A stretch of DNA of 42,417 bases, taken from assembly GCA_964427965.1 (NCBI GenBank), contig CAYRWK010000001.1, positions 1-42,417 of the forward strand, read 5' to 3'. This DNA comes from an uncultured Candidatus Saccharibacteria bacterium (GTDB taxonomy: Bacteria > Patescibacteriota > WWE3 > UBA101185 > UBA10185). The notes beneath the pieces are model-generated. The model was not told the origin of the DNA and ran no database searches. It worked only from the letters and a program-made list of their open reading frames with translations. Shown in pieces: positions 24,356 to 32,797 of this stretch (its first letter is position 1; each line of letters begins with the position of its first letter). The translations under genes and the position numbers were made by a program.

Positions 24356-25981
24356 ATGGAAATAAATAGAAACCTTACAGGCTTAAAAGCCATTGAATAT
24401 AACCGCAAAAGCTCGGAAGACGAGGAGCGCCAAATCGCCTCTCTTGAAGATCAACACGCCGAAAATCAAAAGGTGATTGAGAGACATCAACTCAAAGTTG
24501 CGAAATGTGACATTATTGAAGAATCCAAATCAGCCAAGAAACCAGGTAGACCCAAGTTTAATAAAATGGCTGAAGATATAGCCAACGGCAAATATCAGGT
24601 CATCTCATGTTGGCAAGCAAACCGTTTGGCAAGAAATTCGCGTGATGCGGGGGAAATTATTGGTTTGCTCTCAGATAAAAAGCTCATTGCAATTGTTACT
24701 CCCGGAAAAGTTTACTATAACGGAGGTGAAGATAAGCTTCTTTTATATATTGAGTTTGGCATGAGTGAGAAATACAGCGACGATTTATCTGCCAATGTAA
24801 TTCGAGGTATGACTTCAAAAGTTGGTAGGGGTTGGTGGCCGGGTAGACCAAAAGTAGGTTATGTAAACATTAAGTATGAAGGTGAGGAACCTGTTCAGAT
24901 TGTAGATGAGCAGAGGTTTCCGCTACTCCGCAGAGCAATAGATTTGTTTTTAGACGGCAATCATACAGCTCCAAGGGTTTTAGAAATATTAAATGACGAG
25001 TGGGGTTTTAAAATGCGAAAAACAAAAAGAGCTGGTGGTGGAAAAATGAGCAAAGGTAAGTTTTACAGTTTTCTATCCGACCCTTTTTATTATGGAAAAA
25101 TGATTTGGGGTAAAGAAATCGGAGATGTGCATAAAAATCTGAAACGGCTTATGAGCGAAGATGAGTTTTGGAAAATACAGGCGCTTCTTGGTAAACGCGG
25201 ACAAGCAAGACCAAGTATACATACCAAACTGCCCTTCAGAGGTCTTATTAAGTGCGGTGAGTGTCAAAGTACATGGATTCCCTATGTTAGACCAAGGCAA
25301 ATGGTTGATGGTAGCTTGAAACTGTACGAATACATTAGGTGCAATCACGATGGCATAAATAAGAAATGCACACAGAAGCAGGTAACAATAAAGGAAATTG
25401 AGAAACAGGTTTTGGAGTTGTTGGACCAAATAACAATCTCGGAGGATTTTTGTAATTGGGCAATTGATTGGATTAAAAAGCAACATCAGAACGAATCAAG
25501 TGAACAACTGCAAATACTCAAAAATCTTGAAAACTCTTTGGAACAAATCCAAGGTAGAAAAAACAAACTCGTAGAAATGTATATGGACAGCCTTTTAGAC
25601 GGTCAAGCAGATTACAAGAAACGCAAAGCGGACTTGGAAAAAGAGGAACAAGATATACAGAAGGAACTAAACGCTCTAAAAGCCCGAACAAACAATTGGA
25701 TGGATTTGGCAATAAAAACCTTCAACTTTGCTAAGAACGCTAGATATCACTTTGAACATGGAACATTTGAGGATAAAACACTAATACTCCGAACCCTTGG
25801 ATCGAACTTTTATATGCTAAACGGGAAACTGTGTGTTGACCTAATAAAACCCTTCTTTATCTTCAAAAATAACCAGGATTTAGTAAATGTAACTTTTGAA
25901 ACTATTGAAAACCCAGAATACGCGATGGTTGGGGCAACAAACGGTGATCTTGAACACTGGTTTTTAAAATGGTCGGGGTAG
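24356..25981 (+). CDS. large serine recombinase (integrase)
   Basis: N-terminal resolvase-type catalytic domain (YNRKSSEDEERQIASLEDQ, ...ANRLARNSRD...), recombinase domain, zinc ribbon (CGECQS...CNHDGINKKC) and a long coiled coil. The last 12 nt overlap the tRNA-Pro 3' end. Confidence 0.85.
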   Translation: MEINRNLTGLKAIEYNRKSSEDEERQIASLEDQHAENQKVIERHQLKVAKCDIIEESKSAKKPGRPKFNKMAEDIANGKYQVISCWQANRLARNSRDAGEIIGLLSDKKLIAIVTPGKVYYNGGEDKLLLYIEFGMSEKYSDDLSANVIRGMTSKVGRGWWPGRPKVGYVNIKYEGEEPVQIVDEQRFPLLRRAIDLFLDGNHTAPRVLEILNDEWGFKMRKTKRAGGGKMSKGKFYSFLSDPFYYGKMIWGKEIGDVHKNLKRLMSEDEFWKIQALLGKRGQARPSIHTKLPFRGLIKCGECQSTWIPYVRPRQMVDGSLKLYEYIRCNHDGINKKCTQKQVTIKEIEKQVLELLDQITISEDFCNWAIDWIKKQHQNESSEQLQILKNLENSLEQIQGRKNKLVEMYMDSLLDGQADYKKRKADLEKEEQDIQKELNALKARTNNWMDLAIKTFNFAKNARYHFEHGTFEDKTLILRTLGSNFYMLNGKLCVDLIKPFFIFKNNQDLVNVTFETIENPEYAMVGATNGDLEHWFLKWSG

Positions 25982-26045
25982 CCCGGCTCGAACGGGCGAC
26001 CTCCACTACCCCGAAGTGGCGCGCTACCAACTGCGCTATACCCCG
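25970..26045 (-). tRNA. tRNA-Pro (anticodon GGG by canonical loop numbering; unusual C at position 33)
   Basis: The reverse complement folds as a 76-nt cloverleaf: CGGGGTA/TA/GCGC-AGTTGGTA-GCGC/G/CCACT-TCGGGGT-AGTGG/AGGTC/GCCCG-TTCGAGC-CGGGC/TACCCCG/A/CCA. C1:G72 and A73 are bacterial tRNA-Pro identity features. Confidence 0.8.
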
Positions 26046-26106
26046 TTACATCTAAACGTTTGTATTCTAACATAAATTAGCTCTTGTTATATTCGTATTA
26101 TCTTCG

Positions 26107-26112
26107 TATAAT
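26107..26112 (+). promoter_or_regulatory. -10 box (TATAAT) 6 nt upstream of the ATG at 26119; probable leaderless transcript
   Basis: TATAAT-attcaa-ATG, with no SD. No convincing -35 at 17 bp (TTGTTA lies 22 nt upstream). Confidence 0.35.
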
Positions 26113-26118
26113 ATTCAA

Positions 26119-27096
26119 ATGCCCACTCTTAAAAATGTTCGCTGCGCAAATTGCAATAACGAATTTCAAGTAACCTTAAAAAGATTAAATGAGTATACCA
26201 AAAAAAATTGGTTGTTTTACTGTTCTAAAGAGTGCCAAGGTCGTGCTAAGAACCGAAAAGTGTTAGTTGTATGTGACAATCCAAAATGCAAAAAAGAATT
26301 TTATAAGGATCGTAGCGAATTGGGTTTTTTGCATAATTTTTGTTCTAAAAGCTGTTCCGCTACCTTTAATAATAGTAATAGATGTGGTTTAAAGTATCAA
26401 ATACACGCGAAAACCATGTTACTTAAATCGGCTAAAGGAGTCAATAGAGTTTTGCTAAGATCTTTTGCAAAGACGAATCATTGTGGAAATCCTAAGTGTG
26501 AAAAGTTAATTCTACCTACTAGAAGATTTTGTTCGCCTAAGTGTCAGTGGGTTTGCCAAAAACGGAAACCGGAAGATTATAAGAAAGAATGTATTGATAG
26601 GATAATCCAGTTTTATTTAAAAAATTTAAGAATTCCCTTAAAAGCGGAAGATCGTGCGCTGTATGCGAAGGCAAGAAGGGGCTTTGGTACTTGGAATAGG
26701 GCAATCGAGGCGGCCGGTTTTGACCCAAACCCTGTATTATTTGCAAAAAGACAGACTGCAAAAGATGGGCATAGGTGTGACTCTTTTGCGGAAATGATTA
26801 TAGATGACTACCTATTTTCTCATGAAATACAGCACCAAATACATTTGCCCTACCCTGGACAGACAAAGTTCAGAGCCGATTTTGTTATCGGAGACATATG
26901 GGTAGAATATTTCGGTCTTTGTAAACATCTTCACAAGTACGACGAACTTATGGCGAAAAAGTTGGCGCTAATTAGCCAGCTTAGTTTAAAGCTAATAAAA
27001 ATCTATCCGTATCACCTATTTCCTCAAAACCAGCTAGATTCGGTGTTTGAAAGTCTATTTACTGTATACAACCCATCTCTGATATGTCAAAATTAA
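26119..27096 (+). CDS. protein with three TRASH/FCS-like zinc-finger repeats and a PD-(D/E)xK-like C-terminal domain
   Basis: CANC-x22-CSKEC, CDNPKC-x17-CSKSC and CGNPKC-x10-CSPKC, with the F/Y-CS-x2-C hallmark. The C-terminus DSFAEMIIDDYL...FRADFVIGDIWVEYFG resembles Vsr/DUF559-type restriction-endonuclease-fold motifs. Confidence 0.5.
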   Translation: MPTLKNVRCANCNNEFQVTLKRLNEYTKKNWLFYCSKECQGRAKNRKVLVVCDNPKCKKEFYKDRSELGFLHNFCSKSCSATFNNSNRCGLKYQIHAKTMLLKSAKGVNRVLLRSFAKTNHCGNPKCEKLILPTRRFCSPKCQWVCQKRKPEDYKKECIDRIIQFYLKNLRIPLKAEDRALYAKARRGFGTWNRAIEAAGFDPNPVLFAKRQTAKDGHRCDSFAEMIIDDYLFSHEIQHQIHLPYPGQTKFRADFVIGDIWVEYFGLCKHLHKYDELMAKKLALISQLSLKLIKIYPYHLFPQNQLDSVFESLFTVYNPSLICQN

Positions 27097-27114
27097 TACA
27101 AGGGGGTGATTTAA

Positions 27115-27480
27115 ATGAAAACTTTAAAGAAACTTGATGTATTTTCCTTTGCTAAATTCCAAGCAGTAATGGGAGCTATTTTAGGCTTCATTGCCGGTAT
27201 TTTCTACGCCATCTTTGGATTAGTATTTGGATCCATGATGTCTAGCCTTAGCACAGAGATGGGTACAACCACAGGTGCTGATGCAGGTATTCCTGCCGCA
27301 GGTGGAGCCGCTCTGGGGATTGGAATGGGTATCTTTGGAATTATTTTAATGCCTATTCTTTATGCAATCGGTGGTTTTATAGGTGGACTTATCGCGGCTT
27401 TCGTGGGCAACATTGCTCTTAAGATCTGCGGTGGTCTAAAAGTGGTATTAGAGGACGAAGGTATTAAACCAACCGTCTAG
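27115..27480 (+). CDS. small Gly-rich membrane protein
   Basis: 121 aa with GGGGGTG RBS. Three or four Gly/Ala/Ile-rich TM segments. No family recognised. Confidence 0.55.
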   Translation: MKTLKKLDVFSFAKFQAVMGAILGFIAGIFYAIFGLVFGSMMSSLSTEMGTTTGADAGIPAAGGAALGIGMGIFGIILMPILYAIGGFIGGLIAAFVGNIALKICGGLKVVLEDEGIKPTV

Positions 27481-27522
27481 CTAATATATCGGTAAAGTGT
27501 ATTTATGGATTTCTTTGGGATG

Positions 27523-27552
27523 CCTCCATTATTGGAGGTGTCTCTTTTTTTT
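27523..27552. terminator. rho-independent terminator between convergent genes
   Basis: CCTCCA-ttat-TGGAGG followed by tgtctc-TTTTTTTT. It lies about 40 nt after the stop at 27480 and abuts the stop of the minus-strand methyltransferase gene. Confidence 0.6.
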
Positions 27553-28195
27553 ATGTTAGTTTTGCTTGAATTTTAAAAACTTGTCTGTCTTTGCCAAAGG
27601 CCAGTTTTTTACTCCAGGTAGTTTGAATTTGGACCAAACTTTGTTTATCCAGTGCCTGAAATACAATATTGTTAAAACCTGCTTGTTTAAATATTGGAAA
27701 AATTACCTTCTCAATGTGTTCTTCGGTTATTTCAGGAAGTTCAAGTCTTTGTGTCTCTCCGGGTTCAAATTCTTGTGAGTATCCCAAAATGATTTCCATT
27801 TCACCTGTGGGCGTTAGTAAACTCTTAAGTTTTATCACCTCATTTATTTTGGGAGCACTTATACTTTTTAATAAAGTCCCCCACGGAAAGTTAATATGTA
27901 GTTTACTAATAGTTCCATTAAATTCGGGTGGTAGTACTTCGATAGAACCAACAACAAAAAGCACGTTAGCTAAACGTTTTCTTTGTGCTTTCTTTGAATA
28001 CAATTCAAGTTGTTTTTGACTTGGATCTACACCTATAAACAATATATCCGGATAAGAAGTTGCTTGTTCGTATACAAACCTCCCATCTCCCGTACCAAGA
28101 TCCATTTCTACCTTTAGATAATTTTTGCACAGATTCAGATACTCTTCTTTTGTTAGTTCAGTAGTCTTATTACCTTTAACTATTCTCACCACCAC
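27551..28195 (-). CDS. SAM-dependent methyltransferase homologous to 16S rRNA m1A1408 methyltransferases (NpmA/KamB family)
   Basis: Collinear with my recalled NpmA sequence over the full length: KG.K...L.K.E, DLGTGDGR, F.IG.DP, SKK, L.NV.FV, LP.E, FPWGTLL, W.K.LAFG. Both Trp residues that stack A1408 in NpmA are in place. The start is one of three tandem GTG codons. Confidence 0.7.
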   Translation of the reverse strand: MVVRIVKGNKTTELTKEEYLNLCKNYLKVEMDLGTGDGRFVYEQATSYPDILFIGVDPSQKQLELYSKKAQRKRLANVLFVVGSIEVLPPEFNGTISKLHINFPWGTLLKSISAPKINEVIKLKSLLTPTGEMEIILGYSQEFEPGETQRLELPEITEEHIEKVIFPIFKQAGFNNIVFQALDKQSLVQIQTTWSKKLAFGKDRQVFKIQAKLT

Positions 28196-28271
28196 ATAAT
28201 ACCAAAAATATTCAAATTTTTATGCTAAACTATTTCAGCAAGCTTAGTTGTATTTTATTTAAGGAGAACTT

Positions 28272-28640
28272 ATGCCTAAAGACTTAATATTAAAAAGATT
28301 AGAAATTCTTACAGAATTGCAACAGGAGTTAAATAAATTAAGAGAACATTACACCGAATCTTTAGAGAACGACCCGGAATATCAAAAAGCTCAAGAAGAG
28401 CAGGAAAAGATTAAGAGTGAGAACAAGGAGACCAAGGAAAAACAAGAGCGTGTGGCCTCGAGACCTTCCTACAAAGCTATTTCTGATCAAATTAAAGAAA
28501 AACGTACAGAGATCAAAGAACACAGCGAAGCTTTATCCCAGGAGTTAGTTGATTATTATAGAGAAAGCGGTACCGTCGAAATTGAGGACAATGACGGCAA
28601 TGTAAAAAGAATGAAGTTTTCTGTTAAGTTGGTTAGTTAA
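28272..28640 (+). CDS. hypothetical Glu/Lys-rich coiled-coil protein
   Basis: 122 aa with AAGGAG RBS. No motif recognised. Confidence 0.5.
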   Translation: MPKDLILKRLEILTELQQELNKLREHYTESLENDPEYQKAQEEQEKIKSENKETKEKQERVASRPSYKAISDQIKEKRTEIKEHSEALSQELVDYYRESGTVEIEDNDGNVKRMKFSVKLVS

Positions 28641-28643
28641 GGG

Positions 28644-30080
28644 CTAGTTCTTTTTAACCCACACCTGATAATTACCAAACTGCAGGTTTTGCAGAGGTTG
28701 AACGTAATCTTCCGTCATTCTTTGGGGATCCGGTGTGATAAAAAATGCATTTTTTGGGTTTTCCAATTTTCCGGCTTTATCTACAAAAGGCCACCACTCA
28801 TAACTATTTTCAGGTTCTTTAGGATTTACCAGTCTAATTGTTGACTTGTCCATATAATACAAACCAACCGTGTAATCAATTGGCGATGTAAATGCTACTT
28901 CGTTTGGTTGAGATCTAAAATATGACGCTAAAGGTTTCATGCCTGCGTAGTACTCGGGTGATACTATTCGCGTAAGAATAAAAATATAAATAAAAACTAT
29001 TATTCCCATTATTTCAATATTTAGCAGGGAAGTTAAAGCGTAGGCTGAGCATATAATAAAAAAGATACATGCAGGAAAAAGGTATCTTTCTACATATAGC
29101 GATTTATCCTTTATCATCACATAAGAAATTAGCATTATCATGGGGATAAGTGTCATCCCCAAGCAAAAAAGGTAATTGGCAAGTGTCCTGTGAGTTTTTC
29201 TCGTCTTTATAATAACGCTCACAACCCCAAGTATAAAAAAGGCAAATATTCCATAACTGATAAGATTCTCATCCAACAAAAAGTTTACGTTATTTAACAC
29301 ATCTGACCCCGGAAGTCTTGATTTAACCCCAAGCGAGTAAGCCGCGATACTTCTTTGAATGTTTGTAAAATTGGCTTTTCTGACCCAATCGCTGTTTATA
29401 TCAATGCCCTTTGTTTTTGTAACAACCGGAAAATACACAAATGCTGTAACGACAGCTACTGCAATAAGTCCAATAAAATCTAACCTCCATGTGTTTTTCT
29501 TGAAATTGCCGATTAATTTGATTAAAAATAATATGCCAATAAGGGGAATAAAGGCAATGGACATGTAGTGAGTTAAGGCAAGTGCCAGAATGGCCAAAAG
29601 TGCAAGCTTTAGTTTATTTGAAAAGATTAGAAAAACCGCTAAAAGTGTAATAAATCCATAGAAACTATAAGACCTGGCTTCAATTGAATATTCGATCATA
29701 AACGGGTTGATCGCGATTAAAAAGGCAGAAAGGGCGGCGGTTTCTTTATTAAAAAGCTTTTTTGCTAAATAGTAAACTACGATTACTGTAAAAATGCCAA
29801 AAAGCAGGGAGAAACCTCGCAGGGCAATATCATTAACTCCAAAAATAAAAGTCCACCACTTAACTAATAGATAATAAAGTGGGGGATGGGCATCCTTTGC
29901 TACTATTTGCCAAAAATAATGCCAATCGGCGCGCATCAAGTTGCCTGTAAAAGCTTCATCAAACCATAAATCATCTTTGACAATTAGCCTTAATCTCAAA
30001 CCCAAAGCAATCAACGTAATAAGCACTATGTCTACATTACGTTTTGCAAATAACCATAAGTTTGAAAAACGCTTGTTCAT
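28644..30080 (-). CDS. GT-C fold membrane glycosyltransferase (family 39 / ArnT/PMT_2-like)
   Basis: 478 aa with more than 10 TM helices. An early loop motif, DDLWFDEAFTGNLM, matches the DE motif of GT39/GT83 enzymes. C-terminal soluble domain. Confidence 0.7.
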   Translation of the reverse strand: MNKRFSNLWLFAKRNVDIVLITLIALGLRLRLIVKDDLWFDEAFTGNLMRADWHYFWQIVAKDAHPPLYYLLVKWWTFIFGVNDIALRGFSLLFGIFTVIVVYYLAKKLFNKETAALSAFLIAINPFMIEYSIEARSYSFYGFITLLAVFLIFSNKLKLALLAILALALTHYMSIAFIPLIGILFLIKLIGNFKKNTWRLDFIGLIAVAVVTAFVYFPVVTKTKGIDINSDWVRKANFTNIQRSIAAYSLGVKSRLPGSDVLNNVNFLLDENLISYGIFAFFILGVVSVIIKTRKTHRTLANYLFCLGMTLIPMIMLISYVMIKDKSLYVERYLFPACIFFIICSAYALTSLLNIEIMGIIVFIYIFILTRIVSPEYYAGMKPLASYFRSQPNEVAFTSPIDYTVGLYYMDKSTIRLVNPKEPENSYEWWPFVDKAGKLENPKNAFFITPDPQRMTEDYVQPLQNLQFGNYQVWVKKN

Positions 30081-30213
30081 ACGTTTAGTTTAACATAGTG
30101 TATAATTGTTGCTATGAATAAAAAGAAGCGAGATGCGCAAAATAATAAAGCAAAGAGAAAAGCCTCAAAAAAAGTTCGAAGAGTTTGCTAATTAAGTACT
30201 GTATCATATTAAT

Positions 30214-31998
30214 GTGCAGAAGTTTGTAACCTTAGCTAAATCCTTTAGTACAAATCCGTTATTAATAGTGGTTGTCCTGGTATGTTTGGCTTATTTTGTT
30301 ATACAGCCGGTTGGAAACTATGTTGTAAATGATGAGTGGGCACATTCCCGACAGGTTGAAGCTTTTACAAACCATGTTTTTCGTATTCAAGCTAACACAG
30401 ATGCAGTTTTAATTTTGCAAGCTCTAATCGGGTTTGGCGCAAGTCTGTTATTCGGCTATTCCTTTGTTACCTTAAAATTTGTAGCTATTGGTTTTTTACT
30501 ATTATTGTTAGTTGGCGTTTATGCAATTCTTGCTTCCTTACGCATTTCAAAAACTCTTAGTTTTTTTACCTTGTTAATACTGGCCTTTAACCCAATTGTC
30601 TTGCACCTAGGCTCTGTTTTTATGACCGACATTCCTTTTTTGGCACTGTTTTCGTGGGTTTTGTACTTTTATATTAGATATTTTAAGTCAAACAAATTTC
30701 TTTTTGCGGTGTTAGGCGGAATATTGTGTGCCCTGTCTATTTTAATTAGACAGGTTGGTGTAATGGTGTTTGCGGCTTTTTTTGTTGTGGAATGTGCAAG
30801 GATTTTAAGAACAATAGGAGAAAAGATTACTCTAAAGGGTTTACTTATTAAGTTCTTACCACTTGTGATTTCCGGGTTAATTGTATGTGGGGGGTTGGGA
30901 ATATACTTATTGTGGCCAAGATACAGCAGTTTCTTACCTGGAGGAAAATTTGGTGGTATGAGCAGTTTTTTGTCTAACTTTATTTTGTTTGACAAAGTTT
31001 TTCCTAGAGTTGGAGATCTTTTAACGTCACTATATTATTTTGGTTTTTTCTCTTTTCCGCTGGTTTTTGCGCTAAAAACAAATTTAAAAAAATGGACTCT
31101 TGTGGTCATTATTTTAGTGGGAGGCATGATCTCATATTTTATGTATAAATCTAATGTTTTTCCCTTAGGAAATATTTTATATTTGGAAGGTCTATATGCC
31201 AAAGCATTGCAACTTAGAGATGTTAGTTTATTTAACAACTTTACGTTTAAATTTATTGTATCCTTGCTATCCGGATTTTCGATAACAAAAATAGCATTGA
31301 TTCTTTTTTTCGAATTTAAACGAAGTACGCAAAAGCTTTTGCTTAAGTTATTCTTACTTATGGTTTTTGTGTTAACTTTATTGCTTTTGGTTTTTACAAA
31401 TGACCTTTATGATAGATATCTTTTGCCTTCGTATCTTGCCTTTTTGCTTTTAGTAGCATTGGTGGCAAATAGCACTACCCGGATTTCAAAAGTTATCGGG
31501 ATATTGTTCGGCTGTTTTTTTATGCTTATCTCAGTTTTATTAGTTTTTGATTACACCGTAAGTACAAAATTAAAATGGGATGCCGCTAAAGCTATCACAC
31601 AAAATACCGGTATATACGCTCAAATTTTGGTGGACAATGCTTATTCTTCCTACCAGACTACAAAAAAGTTTAAAGACTATTCGGGTTTGGATTATATTAA
31701 TTCATCAAACAATTATCTATGTGTAACAGAGGTTATTAGGTCAGATGTTAATGGTTTGGTGGGAACTGATTTGACTAAACCCGTTCTTATTAACAAACTG
31801 GATTCAATAGTTTCAAACCTTGTGGGAGACCCAAAGGAGATTAAAAAGAAAAAATCTCCTGCCCCTGTAGTTGAAAAAGAAGATCGGGATTATTACTTTT
31901 CAAAAGACTACTACTCCCCCGTGTATAAAGCTGTAAATCTAGATACTAACGTACAGGGGTGGTGTATGAAACCAATTTTAAGAGATTCCCTAAAGTAA
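30214..31998 (+). CDS. polytopic membrane protein, probable GT-C glycosyltransferase
   Basis: 594 aa with many TM helices and an early extracytoplasmic loop, VVNDEWAHSRQ (acidic DE motif). GTG start without a clear RBS, so the start is uncertain. Confidence 0.5.
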   Translation: MQKFVTLAKSFSTNPLLIVVVLVCLAYFVIQPVGNYVVNDEWAHSRQVEAFTNHVFRIQANTDAVLILQALIGFGASLLFGYSFVTLKFVAIGFLLLLLVGVYAILASLRISKTLSFFTLLILAFNPIVLHLGSVFMTDIPFLALFSWVLYFYIRYFKSNKFLFAVLGGILCALSILIRQVGVMVFAAFFVVECARILRTIGEKITLKGLLIKFLPLVISGLIVCGGLGIYLLWPRYSSFLPGGKFGGMSSFLSNFILFDKVFPRVGDLLTSLYYFGFFSFPLVFALKTNLKKWTLVVIILVGGMISYFMYKSNVFPLGNILYLEGLYAKALQLRDVSLFNNFTFKFIVSLLSGFSITKIALILFFEFKRSTQKLLLKLFLLMVFVLTLLLLVFTNDLYDRYLLPSYLAFLLLVALVANSTTRISKVIGILFGCFFMLISVLLVFDYTVSTKLKWDAAKAITQNTGIYAQILVDNAYSSYQTTKKFKDYSGLDYINSSNNYLCVTEVIRSDVNGLVGTDLTKPVLINKLDSIVSNLVGDPKEIKKKKSPAPVVEKEDRDYYFSKDYYSPVYKAVNLDTNVQGWCMKPILRDSLK

Positions 31999-32010
31999 CC
32001 GGTTATACTA

Positions 32011-32016
32011 TATAAT
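32011..32016 (+). promoter_or_regulatory. -10 box (TATAAT) 7 nt upstream of the ATG at 32024; probable leaderless transcript
   Basis: TATAAT-tatttta-ATG, with no SD and no clear -35. Confidence 0.3.
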
Positions 32017-32023
32017 TATTTTA

Positions 32024-32752
32024 ATGCCCAAAGAAAAACTACAAGAACCATATGTGAGTAAATATTGTGAGGTGGGAGATTTTATTGTTTGGGAGGTGGA
32101 TGGTAGGTATATTAGAAATAACATGGATCGTGAGTTTACTAACTTTGGTCAGCATTACCGATTTAAATTTATCCCCAAGATGGAATTTTGGATTGATAAG
32201 CCTCAAACCCCCGGTGAGGAGAAGTTGTTTATATCACATTTAATAAAAGAGTGGGATTTAATGGACTTGGGCATGGGTTATCCACATGCCTTGGAGATAG
32301 CAGATAAACTTGAACAAAAAGAGCGCATAAAGACCAAACTTATGGAGAGAATAAAAACAGAGATCCCGGATCCCAAAAAAGAAATACCTAAGGAATTATA
32401 TGTACATAAACTTGAAAAATATTCCAAAGAAGCTGATGTTTGGATTGTTAAGGGGGAGCTTGTGCGAGGTTTATACTTTATTGATTTTACAGAAGGTGGG
32501 CATCATTTTGTGTATGACTTTGTGCCTGTAAATGAGGTCTGGATTGATGACGATTTATCACCAAGTGAGAGGGGTTTTATAATTTTACATGAGTTGCATG
32601 AAAGATTTTTGATGGCTCAAGGCATGGAATATCACAAAGCTCATCTATCTTCCAGCATTATTGAATACAAATGCCGTAGAAATCCTGGGTTGTTGGAAGA
32701 TTCCCTAACAAAAGAGTTTGCTAAAAATGAGACTATCTCTAGTTTAGTCTAG
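32024..32752 (+). CDS. hypothetical protein
   Basis: 242-aa ORF with no recognised family. The HELHE segment is not a true HExxH motif. Confidence 0.5.
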   Translation: MPKEKLQEPYVSKYCEVGDFIVWEVDGRYIRNNMDREFTNFGQHYRFKFIPKMEFWIDKPQTPGEEKLFISHLIKEWDLMDLGMGYPHALEIADKLEQKERIKTKLMERIKTEIPDPKKEIPKELYVHKLEKYSKEADVWIVKGELVRGLYFIDFTEGGHHFVYDFVPVNEVWIDDDLSPSERGFIILHELHERFLMAQGMEYHKAHLSSSIIEYKCRRNPGLLEDSLTKEFAKNETISSLV

Positions 32753-32797
32753 GTATTAAACTAGAAACCCTCTAGTATTCATGTTAGTATCGATGAA

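Larger units (their letters stand above)
16490..25981. mobile_element. integrated phage/plasmid-like element at tRNA-Pro, carrying a large serine recombinase (left boundary approximate)
   Basis: The right end is fixed by the recombinase stop, which overlaps the tRNA 3' end. Content: primase/P-loop replication protein, SpoVG-like and DUF669-like proteins, many ORFans and nuclease genes. The left limit is placed only by the switch from metal-resistance genes to ORFans; no att repeat was found. Confidence 0.55.

Noticed and set aside
25073-25712. Minus-strand ORFs (137 aa and 64 aa) inside the serine recombinase gene.
   Set aside because: They are antisense shadows of a recombinase ORF with full domain architecture.
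25810-26073. 87-aa minus-strand ORF spanning the recombinase 3' end and the tRNA.
   Set aside because: It is largely the tRNA-Pro gene and the recombinase antisense strand translated, so it is not a credible CDS.
30114-30191. 25-codon, highly basic mini-ORF (MNKKKRDAQNNKAKRKASKKVRRVC) with a TATAAT 7 nt upstream, between the two divergent GT-C genes.
   Set aside because: The promoter geometry is suggestive, but the peptide is short, low-complexity Lys/Arg-rich sequence that A-rich DNA produces easily. It matches no ribosomal or known small protein that I recognise. It may merely mark the promoter or leader of the 30214 gene. I kept it as a note rather than a feature.
32588-32602. HELHE in the 242-aa hypothetical protein, as a possible zinc-metalloprotease motif.
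   Set aside because: The spacing is H-E-x-H, not HExxH, and there is no downstream third ligand pattern. This is not enough for a protease call.
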